DNA of 62,845 nucleotides, filler included, from Choristocarpus tenellus KU-1152 (taxonomy: Eukaryota; Protista; Phaeophyceae), in assembly GCA_964200185.2 (NCBI GenBank). It is 8 parts of 8 records of this genome, joined end to end, with 100 filler letters (N's around TTAATTAATTAA, not from the genome) between each part and the next. Parts side by side here need not be neighbours in the genome. Positions count along the whole stretch, not along the records: positions 38,545 to 46,470 come from CAXNAD020005387.1; positions 46,571 to 53,560 come from CAXNAD020006915.1; 6 more parts are not named here. The stretch is one strand, 5' to 3'. A program made the translations under genes and the position numbers. Within the stretch, counting starts at the first letter, position 1. Each line of letters begins with the position of its first letter. The notes under the pieces are model-generated. The model searched no databases. It had not been told where the DNA came from and saw nothing but the letters and a program-made list of their open reading frames with translations. Shown here piece after piece: positions 38,600-51,640 of the stretch.

Positions 38600-39480
38600 A
38601 CTCGCTGTTGAAGTAGGCGAGGGCACAAATTCTGTTAAGGCCACACCCCACAGCTATGATCCATATTTTCAGAACTGATGGACTGGTTCTGTAGGCTTGC
38701 TAGTGATGATACAGACAGATGCGTATCTGTTGGAAGGCTTGCTATTTTGATGGGGGGAAATCCCTCCGGTGAATGTATAGTGTATGAAAGGGATGCGTCC
38801 GGAGGGGGCAGGGGATGCTACCTTACCATCACAGGCAATAACTTCCAGTTGCATAACAAGTGACCATCGGGGTTGAGATCAAGAAAGGATTGAATATGGT
38901 CCTTCCCTGGAGGCAGATGTGGTGGATGCAAAGAGTTAAGGAGGAACTGCGTAAGAAGGTTGAGAGGAGCAGAATGATAGAAATCAGTGTAATGCAGGAA
39001 TCATGGGTAATATGTTAAACCTTTTTCTGTAGGTGACTCTGTGTTGGTGGCATGGGTTCGGAAGAGGGAAGTTCGCCAGACTTCTGAGCCCTTTGGCTGG
39101 GCTGCTGTGGGTGGTTTTTCCACAGAGAACCCCTTCATTTATCAAATCCAGGATACCACTTCTGAGTCAGGGAGAAGGTATAGGTGTCCTTATTGTGTTT
39201 TCTTCCAGAACTGTGAGTTAGATGTCATGTTGGAATTCAAGTTGAAGGGAAAACCCACTACAAGTTATGTGTATATCCAGGGCGAGTTTGAAATCGCTGT
39301 CATTTTGGATGTGCGTAGAGCAGGGGCTGGGTATGAGATGTTGGTAGGCCGGGTTGGATTTGAGGAGAATGAGAGGACGTGGGAACCTCTACAGTCAAAT
39401 CTTAAGTATCCCTCTGTGCACTTGAGTAAGTAGTTGAAGAAACTGAGACTATACACTGAGGTGCACGAGGCTATGCATAA
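38600..39480 (+). mobile_element. Chromovirus-type gypsy relic: integrase C-terminus with chromodomain
   Basis: QGEFEIAVILDVRRAGAGYEMLVGRVGFEENERTWEPL at ~39278-39390 matches the chromodomain consensus (EYEVE.ILD.R....EYLVKW.G.....TWEP). Surrounding frames are disrupted. Confidence 0.75.
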
Positions 39481-41444
39481 AAAAAAAAATTGATACTTGA
39501 GCCGAATCCAACTGTTTTAAACTTTGTTTTCAATCTCCTCTCTTTTGACTAGAGTCTAGCTGTGTTTTTTCTCTACTTCTGGTTCGTATTCATGTCAGGA
39601 GAGGTCTGCGATCTGTGTCTTGGCCAAGCTTACGCTTTGCTGCTTCGCATTGGAAAGCATGCTGAGCTCTGGGGGTGTTGGACACCCAGATCAAAGTATT
39701 CTACACATGTTGTTGATGTTGGGATTATTCTCCATGGAGCGTGCTGTAATATATATATTTTTGGATCATTTGCGACCACCAAACTTCATTCTTGATAAAC
39801 TAGTCTAGCTATAAATCGTATAGTGCAATCCTAATGAGGGGAGAGTCTTTGCAGCAGTAGACTGACTGTGGTTACAGTATCTGCGTGCACTTGCCATTTG
39901 CACAAATGCTCTTCCTAACAGAAAGGAACATGTGTATATCGCTTAGTAAACTCTTGAGCTATCGGCCTAATAACGGGTACATCTCTTTTTTTTTGTGAAC
40001 TGGTTGTCATTTCCAATTTCTGTAAAAAGTTCACAGGTGCTTTTCACCCCCAAATTTCGCTATTTCCTTTCACACTTCTTACCACCAAAGATGAAAATAT
40101 AAAATAGAACTATTTGAAAAAAAGCTAGAAAGGCGCAGGTCACAACCTAAGATGTTAAATGCGTAGCTAAATATGTATGACATCAGAAAGCTAGCATAAG
40201 GTCAGACAAAATTTGTCGTACCCTACATTACACATCTCCCAAGGTGCGGACAACCTTTCTGCTTTTAGTTTCTTCCCTGGCCTATTGAATCCACTGTGAT
40301 TATTTTCAGGTCACTAAAGCCAAGTGTGCGCGTTTAGAGAGTATGAACGTGGAAAAACCTGCTCTTTGTGCATCTGGACGTACTTATGCATACGTAAGAG
40401 CAAATACTCAATCCATTGTAAATACACGTACTTGGAGCACTTATACCTCACAAATGAGAGTGCTGTATTTATGCGAGGTAAAAAAAATACAAACAAAAAG
40501 CCCTCTACTACTTCTAACCTTATTATTACTTTTTTTATTTCCCAAGATGTCACGTCAATCCTGTTAACATTTGTTCCCAACAACAATCCCATTTTCTTTG
40601 CAAGAATATACTCCTTTGATGAATGTAGATATTTTTAGATAATATTTTGTTATCAGTGCTCTCAACGCCAACTATTTAAATTTACGGTTCACACAATAAT
40701 AGATGGACAAACTGCCCAAGTCATCATGAAAATAGTGTTTTCCAATCGATATTGCCAAAATGGTGTCTCTAATATACAGTGCAATATCGTATTTAAGCTC
40801 CACTGCGCACCATTTGCAAACCTATTATGCCCAACAGGCAAGTTTCGGGTATAGTTATGTACACTCCGGAGTATATGTTCTTGTGGTTGATAAGCTTTTT
40901 CTTCTTACACAGTGCAACCAGGATATTTGAATAAATTACTTCCACCCTAGTTGAAGTCATTGGTGAGTGCTCAGATGATTATCTTAAGAAGTTGAAGACA
41001 ATCCAAATGTATGCAATGCGAGTTTGACCGTGTTCATGTCTCTTGTGTTCTTAGAAAAAAACGATAAAGTATTATTTCTGAACTTAAAAAAAAAAGTTTA
41101 TATATACATATTTGCTTGATCTCACTTGAGGTCGACTGAACATCATCACTTCCCACACTCTTTTGAGAAGAATTTTCGTTCTGGTTATTAATTGTTCATG
41201 CCTTGAAGGGCATGGGATTTGTGAATAATTGACTGGAAGGTTTAGTATCCCTAACTGTCCAAGGCAGTCCCTTCCCTGTCAATGAATTCAAAGGGAGAGC
41301 TTAGTGACGCTGTGAATCTGAGAAGAGGATGATAAAGAAAAAAATGAAAGCCTTGGAAATCGGTACTCAAGTATTAAAATGCAAATGGTCGCTTTCCTGT
41401 GATGGGGAAGGAACTTGAGGTTGTAAGAAAAAAGACTGTTGGAC

Positions 41445-41862
41445 TTTTACAGACGAATAGCACGAGTATTTCTTTCCGCGCTTTAGCCGGCGCGAGCAGT
41501 ATACGCACGTGGGGAACCCCAAAAGGGGGAACTCCAATTTGCGAAAAAGTTGCAGAATAAAATCTGTAACTCGGGTAGTCGCAAAGGGTCCCTGATGGAA
41601 AGGTCGCAAAAGGTTCTCAGATATTCCAATATTTGTAAGCCGAAAGAAGCCCCAACGGTAAATGATGATAAGAGATCCTAATAACGACTCCAAACGGCTC
41701 AGTTCTTTGTTCTCTCTTAACTGATACCAACATACAGATTTTTCTTGTGCTACTTGATTCACCTGAGAGTACTACTATTCTGCTGAGCTGACGTGCGTTG
41801 GTCTGTGAATTGGATTTGACTTGTACATCCTGTGGAGGTGAGCTTTGAGGGGGCCTGTAACA
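41445..41862 (-). mobile_element. Family A element, complete copy, TSD GGAC
   Basis: TTTTACAGACGAATAGC...CATCCTGTGGAGGTGAGC...CCTGTAACA, flanked by GGAC at 41441-41444 and 41863-41866. Confidence 0.85.
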
Positions 41863-41869
41863 GGACTAC

Positions 41870-44700
41870 CTAACTATAGCATGTCACCCATAATTGGGAG
41901 AGCTCGGGAGTTGGGGGAGTCATTTGCTTACCTGGCTGATCACTGTGCTGAAGTTTTCCCAGTCTGTGAGGCGTCTGTAGAAGAAAACAATAGTGGCCAC
42001 TTTATCATCAGATCTCTGACCCAACAGTGTGTCGGGGATATGAGGAAGCAGATTGGTGAGGGGTGGCAATGTTGGATTGGTTTATGGACAGTGATAATAA
42101 TTGTCAATTCTATGTCCACCTCACAATGTGCACTACTCACCATAGCAGTGCACACTGCTGCATGAATGAAAGCAATCTGGTTATGGACAAGACGACCCTG
42201 TCAGAAGGAAATACATAAGCACTGAGTTGGGACATAGGTATACGCCAGGAGTCTTTCACAGGAGTATTCCTCCGCCCATCAGCCCAGTGCAGGGAGTCCG
42301 CTGCTGCAACGTAACAAGTACTTTACTCCCAATAATCATGAGCAGTTGACCTGAAACGAATGCTCTTTAGATGGGAATGGGCTAATCTCTAGTTGGCTCC
42401 TCACCTGGAGGTTGTAAACCATTGTTGCCAGCTGCTCCGTGCTAAGCCAAACAGAGTTTGAGAATGCTCGCATGCAAAGCAAACACCTTCTCTCTCGATC
42501 CTGCAGAAGAAGTTGGCACCATACACTGTAGAAGCCTTCCTTGTTTATTCCACTGATCTGTCCATCCTCATCTTCCAATACGTCATGGGCAGTCTCCCAT
42601 CCTGCATCCAGCATAGCCTTGTGGACCTTTTTTCATGGAGAGGCTACAAATTTACCTTGAATTGGTTGGGCATGGGGTACTGTTCCTTATAATGCTTTCT
42701 CATACATACGCCTTCCGCAACTCCTCATTGCAGAAAACCTTCCTTCATCAGGCCTTCTACTGATTTGTTTATAGGGGATTACTTTGGATTGTTTAATCTA
42801 CTTCTGTGACTGTGGTCAAGCTCCAAAAGAAGTGTGTTGGAACAGTGCAGAGACCCAGCTAGTATATAACACACCCTTATCAGCACTCCTGGATACGTAT
42901 CCATAGTTAAATTGTTTTATGTTTCTTGGATCTACGGTTCCTCAAGTAGAAGAGCCTGAGCCTGTCAAATTTTTGCTATGAGGTGCTCTAATGTACAGCT
43001 ATTTATGCGGAAGGAGAATAATCATTGCCCCACACACTTACAGTAATTGTTACATCATCTTATGACCCAATCACTGATTTTTCCTGTTAGAAACGGGTCG
43101 ATTTTCCTCTTGGTTGGTCGACCCGTTGACATATCCTTTACTATTATTTCAAGTATCGCCCCACACTTGGCCAAGACAATTCCTTAAAATTATGGCTTCA
43201 GTAATTCAGATGCATCATCGCACTTCTACTCCTCCTGATAAAATGATACTGCTGCAACAGACTCATGAAGCCAATCTATTGTGGGCTACTGATACCTCCT
43301 ACATTTGCCATGGCGATGGAAGAACAGCAACACAGCTGACCATGAGGCCTTTCTCCTAAACTATTTGCTGATCTGAACACAATTGTTCGAAAGGATAGCC
43401 TCGAACCTATACCTCTACTCACAAGGAGCATTGTAACTAGTTGATTGGATTACAACGAGTCAAACCTGGAGACTTGATGGTTCAAACTGAAGAATGGTAG
43501 TTTTTCCCATTGTATGAAGTACATTAGAAGAGCACTAGAACCCCCTTGTTTATAGTAATATTCCAGTTCATGGTGCACGTGTAGTAGATTACAGGCGCGT
43601 TTGTGCCTGATACCCCCTTGGAATGTGGAGTCTGTTCTCCTACCATAGTCACTCCAAAGTGCTAACACTGTGTGCTCATGAAGATAATTGGAGGATGAGA
43701 TACATACCTGGCTGAGTGAGGGTGGACTATGAAAGCCACAGTATTTGATCATCGAATCTAGTGCCGCTGTTGGACCTCCTCCAGCCTGCTTCCAATAGTG
43801 TTTGGAGCATCAAATAGTGATCAATTGTTTGATGGGTACATGAGGTCAGTATATCAACGCGTTCACTGCTGAGGACGAATGATTCACTTCAATTGACAGC
43901 AAAGTATACTAATTGACCTATCTCATACAGGTTAGATCCCACTCCTTGATGCAAAAGCAAACAAGGTCAATATGAGTCCGCTCAACTCCTTTATTGTCAT
44001 CACATTGCATAAGAAAGATATGACCCAGGGCCTTAAGCAGGGGGATCTAGAATGGGTTCAAGTATTTTAGTGATATGCTTCAATAATTCGTGCAGTTTAG
44101 ATGCACTTAGGACAAGTGACGGTTGTCAGGAGATTATTCCCACCTCTATTCTCTGAATGTCTCTACACCTTCAACTTTCGTAGATACAACCGTACAAATG
44201 AGTAGAAATAGCAACAGGTGAGATAAGGGTGCGCAGCATTTTTCTCACGGCGAAAAATGTCTTGCGTAACACCAGAAGTTTGTGAAATAAATTAAGTTTG
44301 ATGGCATTGGTGTGCACCTGTGTGAGAAGGGCGCTTAAAATTTCAAGTGGGGATTAACGAGACCATTGACAGTAGTTTGGACATGTTTGAGAAGCAATAT
44401 GACAAGCACCTTCAAGAAACTGTAGAAAATGTCCTTCATAGCATCGCTGTCCGGCAAGATCCCTGACAGATCTTTGAGAACAGTGTGCCTGGCTAATATT
44501 TCCTGGAACTCTGAGGCACCGATAGGGTTTGCACCTTTGACACAAGGCTTAAAAATCCAGGTCAGTTGAGTGGCGGACAATGGAGATGTTGGGGCACAGG
44601 GAGAAATTACTTGCTATGGAACAAGGGTAGCCAAACGTATCTCAGAGGAGAAGAGATGTGCTCCAGTTGACCAAATAATTATTGGAACAAATATGACAAC
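41870..44700 (-). mobile_element. Highly decayed gypsy-like pol relic (tentative)
   Basis: Fragmentary minus-strand words near 42150-42320 (LQQR..., TGADG.R, HSC..VHC) resemble the integrase H2C2 region. Many stops and frameshifts. Confidence 0.35.
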
Positions 44701-46843
44701 GGATTGCAGAATCTCATATTTCCGATTCTTGTACTCATTCGGGGAAAGCTGGTACGTACAGGACCCACTACAGTGAATCACAGTTGATAACGCAAAATAG
44801 TATTGTCTAGAGGAGGAATGCCTTTCATACAGTAAGACCCAGTCGCTCTACACCTGGCAATTGGATCCAAAAAGAGAAAACAGATTCGTGTATCCAAGGT
44901 TAGCAGTTAGTCATCTAGATACTACTACCTATACACAGTACTTCCTGTATCAACAACATTTTACAATTCAAATCCGCTGGAGAGAGACTGTGATAAAGAT
45001 CAGAATACTGAAACAACCCATTCTCAGTGAAGTGGCTTCATATATTTTTTTAACAGCACCGTGACGGCATTACTCACCAGGTGCACCATTGAAGCATAGT
45101 CGATCAACAGCAGGCCCTGACTTGGTACCACGTCACCACCCTGAAGTTTGAAGGGTTGACCATCCAAAGAAACATTGCGAAAATTATCTCGGTCTCCACC
45201 CTGCCGTAAGATACGAAATTTCGCAACGATTCTTCAGCTATCGATCACCCCATAATAATCATCTCCAAAGTGCGGAAACGACGTATATCAACCCGATTAT
45301 TTGCACTCCTCGTGTTCCTAAATTGAATATCAACCGTGCATATAATTTAACATCCCCCAACATTTTGAAAATCCAATGACTTCTGTCCAAAAAACCTACT
45401 AGGGTTGAGAAGGGAATCCCAGTGATATGGTAAAGGTATGTCATCCTTATATTTTTGTTGTTGGAGATATTTAAGCGTACCATTTCGACCTATTAACTAT
45501 AGGCCCCTAAACCCCTTATCTCATGGACTGGGGTGCATTGGATATGACAGGAATGATAAAACGCTGGCGTTATTTGATGTTGCGGGCAAGTCTATATTTG
45601 CCATTGCTTCTGGCTCGTTCTGTGGTGAAGTTCGTTTCACACTCGGGGCGCATAATTTAGTTGGTGTCAGGTTGGGTCAAGGTGACAAATGGTTCAGAGA
45701 TAGTATTTCAAAGATGATCCACTCTGAAAGTCTACATTTCCACGTAAAAATATTTGCATGGGGTAGATGAGGTGGTAGGTAAGACGACAGCACCACTTCA
45801 TAGTGCTTGTGACACAAGTAAACCACAGGCTTATGCTCATGCTCAATGGCTACAATCACCCAACCTCCAGTTTTCCATCCCTCCATCATCCGATAATATT
45901 TCACTTGCAGCCTGCCTGTAAAATGATGTTCAAGTTACAAACGTAGTGTAAGTGCTGATAGTATGACAATATGACGAAAATTCTCTACAAAAACAATTTA
46001 GCTCAAGTTCCTACTTCGTGCTACCCACAATTTAGTTCAGTAAGTCGAATGTTTGCTTAGTGGGAAAGAGCTGGTGTTAAACCAATGGGTGACTTTGGTC
46101 ACGTTTCTTTTGAGAACAAACTTGTGACCAGGGAGGGTTCACAACACGACAAAAAGAAAGATCCCTATCAGACCTGACTGAAGTCTTTCCCATCGGACAG
46201 TTGACCAGCTTGCTTCTCGAGCGCATTCACCTTGGATGAGAGCAGGGCGACAAAGCCACAGAGTTTTGATATTTGCATACCCAAAATATCAGAACGTTTC
46301 CACGGATATGCTAGATCTAGTACTTGAACCAATCTTGGGAAGGTACAAAACACAAAGGTCAGGACTCTTTGTACATATTTCATGGTACAGTAATATTTTT
46401 TTAGTTACCAGCTCAAAGTAGCTGAGGGGGGGGGGGGGGGGGGGGGGGGGGGGCGGCCTCGTTGAAGTGGNNNNNNNNNNNNNNNNNNNNNNNNNNNNNN
46501 NNNNNNNNNNNNNNTTAATTAATTAANNNNNNNNNNNNNNNNNNNNNNNNNNNNNNNNNNNNNNNNNNNNTGATTTAGTTTTTTTAACTATTTTTGAATA
46601 CTGGGCAGCGAAACGGTGGTCTAGTGGGGGGGGCGAGGGGCGGGGGGGGGGAAGATGTGACATCACAGTTTTTACGGATCTAATCAGTCGCTATCAGAAG
46701 TGAATAAACTCAGCATACTGTACTGATATATTGGATGTACAAATGACTCTTAACCCCAATCCTCGCCTCCTCTTGCCAATGACAATGACTCTTACCACCC
46801 CCCTCACAAACAAAGCATGTGCATGTAATGGGCATGCACAGAC

Positions 46844-49695
46844 CTGGGCAGTATTCTTAGCCACCTCCGGCATGACGCCCTTGAGGAAGTTGACATACTC
46901 AGGTTGATGAAACTTCGTCAGCTCCTGCAAAACAATATATCAGGTAATAGTAATAAAAACAATATATAAGGTAACAGTAAGAAAAACAATATATTAAGTA
47001 AAAGTAATAAAAACAGTATATCGGGTAACAGTAAGAAAAACAATAGATCAAGTGATAGTAATAAAAACAATATATCGGGTAACAGTAAGAAAAACAATAG
47101 ATCAAGTGATAGTAATAAAAACAATATATCAGGTAACAGTAAGAAAAACAATAGATCAAGTGATAGTAATAAAAACAATAAATCAGGTAACAGTAAGAAA
47201 AAATAAAAAAATGAGAAAATAGGATCAAAACAGGAGGGACAGTAGTGACCTGACAGCAAGACACTACTCAAGACAATACTCAAGACAATTATTCAAGAAG
47301 AGAATAGCATGAGATAAAAAAAAAATGATATGATCTACGCAAGTAGGAGCATTCACGTGACCCCCAACAATGAAGTCAGCAGTAAAAAAAAAGTAAACAG
47401 GAAACCCGCATGTAGTAGAAGTATCAGCAGAGTTAGAGTTGAAGTGCCCAAGCAATCCATCTTCGAGCTCAAGGAGGGACCCAAAAAGACACAGACATTG
47501 ACACCTCCTATATCCTCACCAACCTGTAACAACAGCACTAACATACACTCTCGAAGTGCCTTCTTGAAATGCTACGTAGTGTGACTATCACGATAAAAAA
47601 GAAGATAAAGGAAGAGTGAGATAAAAAAAAAGATGCGCAACTACATTTCATTCACTCCTCTCAACACAGGTAATGAATGAGTCGTTTCTGCGAATGGACT
47701 GTAATGCCTTTTTTTTTTTTAGAACTTGGCACAATTAATCACAATCAACCACGATATTCTCTCTTACCTACCCCCCTTTTGTGTTGATCAGAAAAAAAAG
47801 ATAAAAATAAACAAAAAAACGTTGGCCTCGTTCGTCCCCGCTAGTACAAGAAAAAAAAATCTCCTGGCTAAAAACAAAAAGGTACAGTATAACCTTGAAT
47901 TCTCTAACCCCAAAACTTTCATCTACAACACAGGTAAGGGTTAGGGTTAGGGGGGCAACTTCCAGCACACTACAAATAACAATACTCGTGTCTCGGATAA
48001 TCTAAGAGATCAATCGTTCAAATCTAAGAGTTAGAAAAATAGTCCCCAAATGCAAGTTGACAATAGTTTGGCTACACCGAAGGTGACAATCAAAGACCCC
48101 TCTCTAGTCACTTGACGAGTTGTTGCTCCTAGCTCAAGGAAGACATCAAAAAAGTTGTACAATGGGTAATGCATTGATCTCTTGAGAGTGACATGCATTG
48201 ATCTCTTGAGAGTGACATGCATTGATCTCTTGAGAGTGACATACATTGATCTCTTGAGAGTGACATACATTGATCTCTTGAGAGTGACATGCATTGATCT
48301 CTTGAGAGTGACATGCATACACCGCAAGGAAATGGAACACAAATTCCTTCAGGCAGAAAATGTATTCTTACAAACAGTGTGATAAACTGGGATCCAACAC
48401 CTCATTCCCCACTCCCCCAAGTCCCCCTTCATATAATACAAAAAATAGTGCAGTCTGTGGATCAGGGGAGGTAGTTGTAGGAATATGAAAAATGCCGACC
48501 GAGCAACTAAGAACTCCACTATTGCAATTGATATCAAGTCCGCACTGGGTTGGACTAATCCAGCCCCACAATCAGCCCTGTCCCATGCATCTGCAACTGA
48601 TCTCCTTTGCCTGATTTTAAACCTGGGGATGGGGGGTTCATTCACCGAGTTCAACCTAGAACATGGTCCATACAGGAAACGGAGTACACTATGGAAATGG
48701 GCGGATCAAAATGCTTTGACCCAGCCCACTGATAGCAGCAAGCAACATTCCCTTCAGGTGTAACTGTTTGGAAACACATGTAGTTCTGAAACGAGATAGC
48801 TGGAGTTGCACAAACTTAAAATAGTCTTAACTGAATGCTGAGGATCATATGGAAATCAACGTTCCAACAGCCGTCCCAACATATATACTACTCACTCCTA
48901 CGAGAGAATTTCCCACAGTCCCACACCAAAAAATCCTGCACACCTGCTCTGTGGCCAAGTGAGGGCGGTATATCTCCATTTTGCGATAGAGGCCATAGGA
49001 GAGGAGGAGGTGGTGAGCCAGCTTGAGACGGTGAGGCTTCATAGGGTGCCCAGGGCCATAGTAATAGTGGCCAATATCCCCTGTGCGAGGTAACATCGAC
49101 GTTTGATTGGAGAGAAGGGTGTGATAATAGGATGAAGTGCGATATTGAGGGCGCGATGGGGGGACACGAGCAGCCGACCCATTCTAGGTTCAAGGGGCAA
49201 GCGGGACAGTCCAGACACACCGCCAGATGTGCTTGAACCTTCTTGCAATAGCAGCAACACCTTTGGCGTGTGAGGGGGAAGATGTATCGATGAACGTCAG
49301 CCTAGATCCCAATCTATCTCTCCCCCAAACAATTCAGTCGTCACAACCTTGTGTGGATTGTGTCAACCAATATCAGCACCGACGAACTTAGTCGTCCAGT
49401 GGTCGATTTTCTTACACCGGGAATAGCAAAGCACATTCTTCAACGAGTTCCATACTCCAAGAAGTGGAGGGGGAGTTATGAGTACTCAATGTTTGGCGAG
49501 GGACGCGACGACCTCCTCCCCCCCTTCCCAATCCTCAAGCTCAATGATATCTTTGCCCAGTGTGCTATTTGCACGAAAACGCACTCGACTTACTCCCAAA
49601 GAACTACCAGGTAACGACACCCAACAAAGAAGGAGGATCGATACCTGTAACGACTCACCCTGATAGAAATACGCAACCTTTCTCTTGTCTGTCAT
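46844..49695 (-). CDS. Class I (Rpd3/HDAC3-like) histone deacetylase, 5' part (exons 49695-49659, 49080-48944, 46924-46844); remaining exons not seen in window
   Basis: Spliced translation [13 protein letters not shown]|[45 protein letters not shown]|[15 protein letters not shown]... contains the class [13 protein letters not shown] motif. Introns are GT-AG with phases 1 and 0. Confidence 0.95.
46929..47200. repeat. Intronic AT-rich tandem array of alternating ~27-bp subunits, next to the HDAC exon 3 acceptor
   Basis: AAAAACAATATATCRGGTAACAGTAAG alternates with AAAAACAATAGATCAAGTGATAGTAAT. Confidence 0.9.
48169..48317. repeat. Intronic minisatellite, 24-bp unit (ATRCATTGATCTCTTGAGAGTGAC) x ~6
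   Basis: Directly visible tandem array with no unique spacers. Confidence 0.95.
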
Positions 49696-51099
49696 GATTT
49701 CTTATGAAGGTGAGAGAGAGAGGCAAAGGGGATGGGGCGCACCCCAACACCTCGTCCAATCTTCTCACACTTGCGATACAGAACACTCCCTACAGTTCAA
49801 AAATAATGATGAAGATGACAGAGTCACCACCAGATCCACTGATATCCAGGAGGGCTTCAGCATTCAGAATGACCCCCTAACCTACTCTTAAGCCTTTGGG
49901 GTGTTGGTTGTACCGCTCTTTCGTATCACGTATCTTGTACAGCATTCTACTATCATACGAAGGCAAATTCGCTGTCTATTTTGTGTTTGAAATTTGTGTT
50001 TGAAAATAGTTAGGAGAGTATACACCAACACAGGACAGATACTTTGACCCAGAAGTTGTGGGGTTTGTGCTTTTACTTGCTTATCATACATACCCCATCA
50101 AAAGCTTATATTCCTCAACTGAGTTTTCCGCCTCTGTGATATTCTTCAGTGTGTGCTGTCTCCTTACTCCATAATAGGACGCGCTAGAGATAGGCCTCAC
50201 TAGGTAACCCAATTTGGGAGAAAGGGACCAGGACCTAAGGAGTCATGCAACCTGTTTGTCTTCCATCTCCTTTAGATTTCCACTTAACGTCTGTAAGCCT
50301 AGCTCTCGATAACCCCTACCATGTGAGCTTGGGCAAAATCATACGTCCCAGCCAGTGCCATGAGAGCTACGAAGACCATTGGGGTCTGGAGGAACGATGG
50401 TGCCTGCAGTGAATAGAAGTTTCAGTTATGATGGAGGGTTGGCGGCCCTGAGGCGGTGCTTCCTATGCTTTGTCTATGTTGAGCACTATTTATCAGCGAG
50501 GAAGCTGTGGGAGGAAGTCATGTGGGGTATAAATGTGGACTGTAGCTTTTTATGGGGTGTTGGCGGTGGCAAGGCAGTATAGTAAGTGGCCAAGAGGGTC
50601 TCCTTCTTATGCTCCATCCTTGGTGGTATAACTTTCACTCCTCCCTTCTGTGTTGGAAATGAGTGGGGGAAGGATCATCAGCCTAGAGCTCTAGATGGAA
50701 AATCGCTTTTCAAAGTGTACACCTTGCTCGGCCTTCATTGACGCCCTCCCAGAGGTACTGCAAGGACTCCTCCCCGATGCAGCTAACATATATGGTGGCA
50801 CCTGAGATTTCCTTTTCCCACTGGATAAGGGGGAAGTGAAAAGTACGCCCCGTTGATGGTCAATCTCCCCAAGCATTTCTCCAAGTAACAAGGCCCCACA
50901 GAGAAGCCTTCGCACAGGTCATTAGTGTGAGCCCTACAGCACGGGTCCTTGGATCATCGATCTATGCCATCAACTCATCAGGAGTCCTCCCAGAGGATCT
51001 GGCAGGGGATGTTGGTCGAGGCTGGGTGAACTGGGCAGGTACAACTTCCCCCACTCCAATACCTGAGGTACACACACCTTGGCAGCTCATGATTTTGGG

Positions 51100-51640
51100 G
51101 TAATAAGGAGGGCATAGCTTGACATCACACATCTTCTGAACAAGATCCAGTGCGACTCCTCTAGGGCACAGCTAGTCAACTGTCCTGCATATTTGGAGGA
51201 ACAGGGAAGGAAAAGTCCTTTGCAGGCTCTAGCATGCCACTGGAGCTAGTGTGGGGAAGGGGCTAAGCATGGGGCACTATACAGCCCCTGGTGCCCGTAC
51301 GCTAGATTCCTCTGTGGAGTCTAGTCTCACTACCATGAGGACTCTGGGTAGAGAGGAGATAGTAGTGAACAGGTGGTCAGGTGCAGGTGGAAGCATGTTG
51401 ATACTCGACATGCACACGCTTGTCCTAGGGTGGTTGGACAAGTACCCCAGCACACACTGATGGTAGCATGGTTAGACCAAATCAGTAAGATAAGAAGCCT
51501 GCTCACAGTAGACAGGAACTTCTACATGGGTGTGGCGTTCCATGTTGGGGCACTGACAGAGGCTGGCGCAGCACTCTGTGAGGACAAAGGGTTACTTCTT
51601 ACGTCGCCCTTGCTGGAGTCCAGGCAGTTCACCACTTGAC
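51100..51640 (+). mobile_element. Possible decayed tyrosine recombinase (DIRS/Ngaro-like)
   Basis: PWCPYA at ~51286 resembles the CPV motif, and VDRNFYMGVAFHVGALTEAGAA resembles the box II pattern D..YSGHSFRIGAAT.AA. Catalytic H and R are not retained. Confidence 0.4.

Noticed and set aside
38545-46470. Continuation of the HDAC gene (expected DCPVFDG and GGLHHAKK exons)
   Set aside because: I found no such motifs on the minus strand; this contig may not be the true neighbour across the linker.
46899-47283. Tyr/Cys- and Leu-rich 121-aa ORFs
   Set aside because: They are translations of the intronic tandem array.
48169-48317. CRISPR-like look of the 24-bp partly palindromic repeat (also the arrays at 27891 and 30411)
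   Set aside because: Units are head-to-tail with no unique spacers, there are no cas genes, and the context is eukaryotic and intronic.
50036-50050. CAGATACTTTGACCC matching the family B TIR
   Set aside because: Isolated 15-mer with no C-run or internal sequence; at most a footprint.
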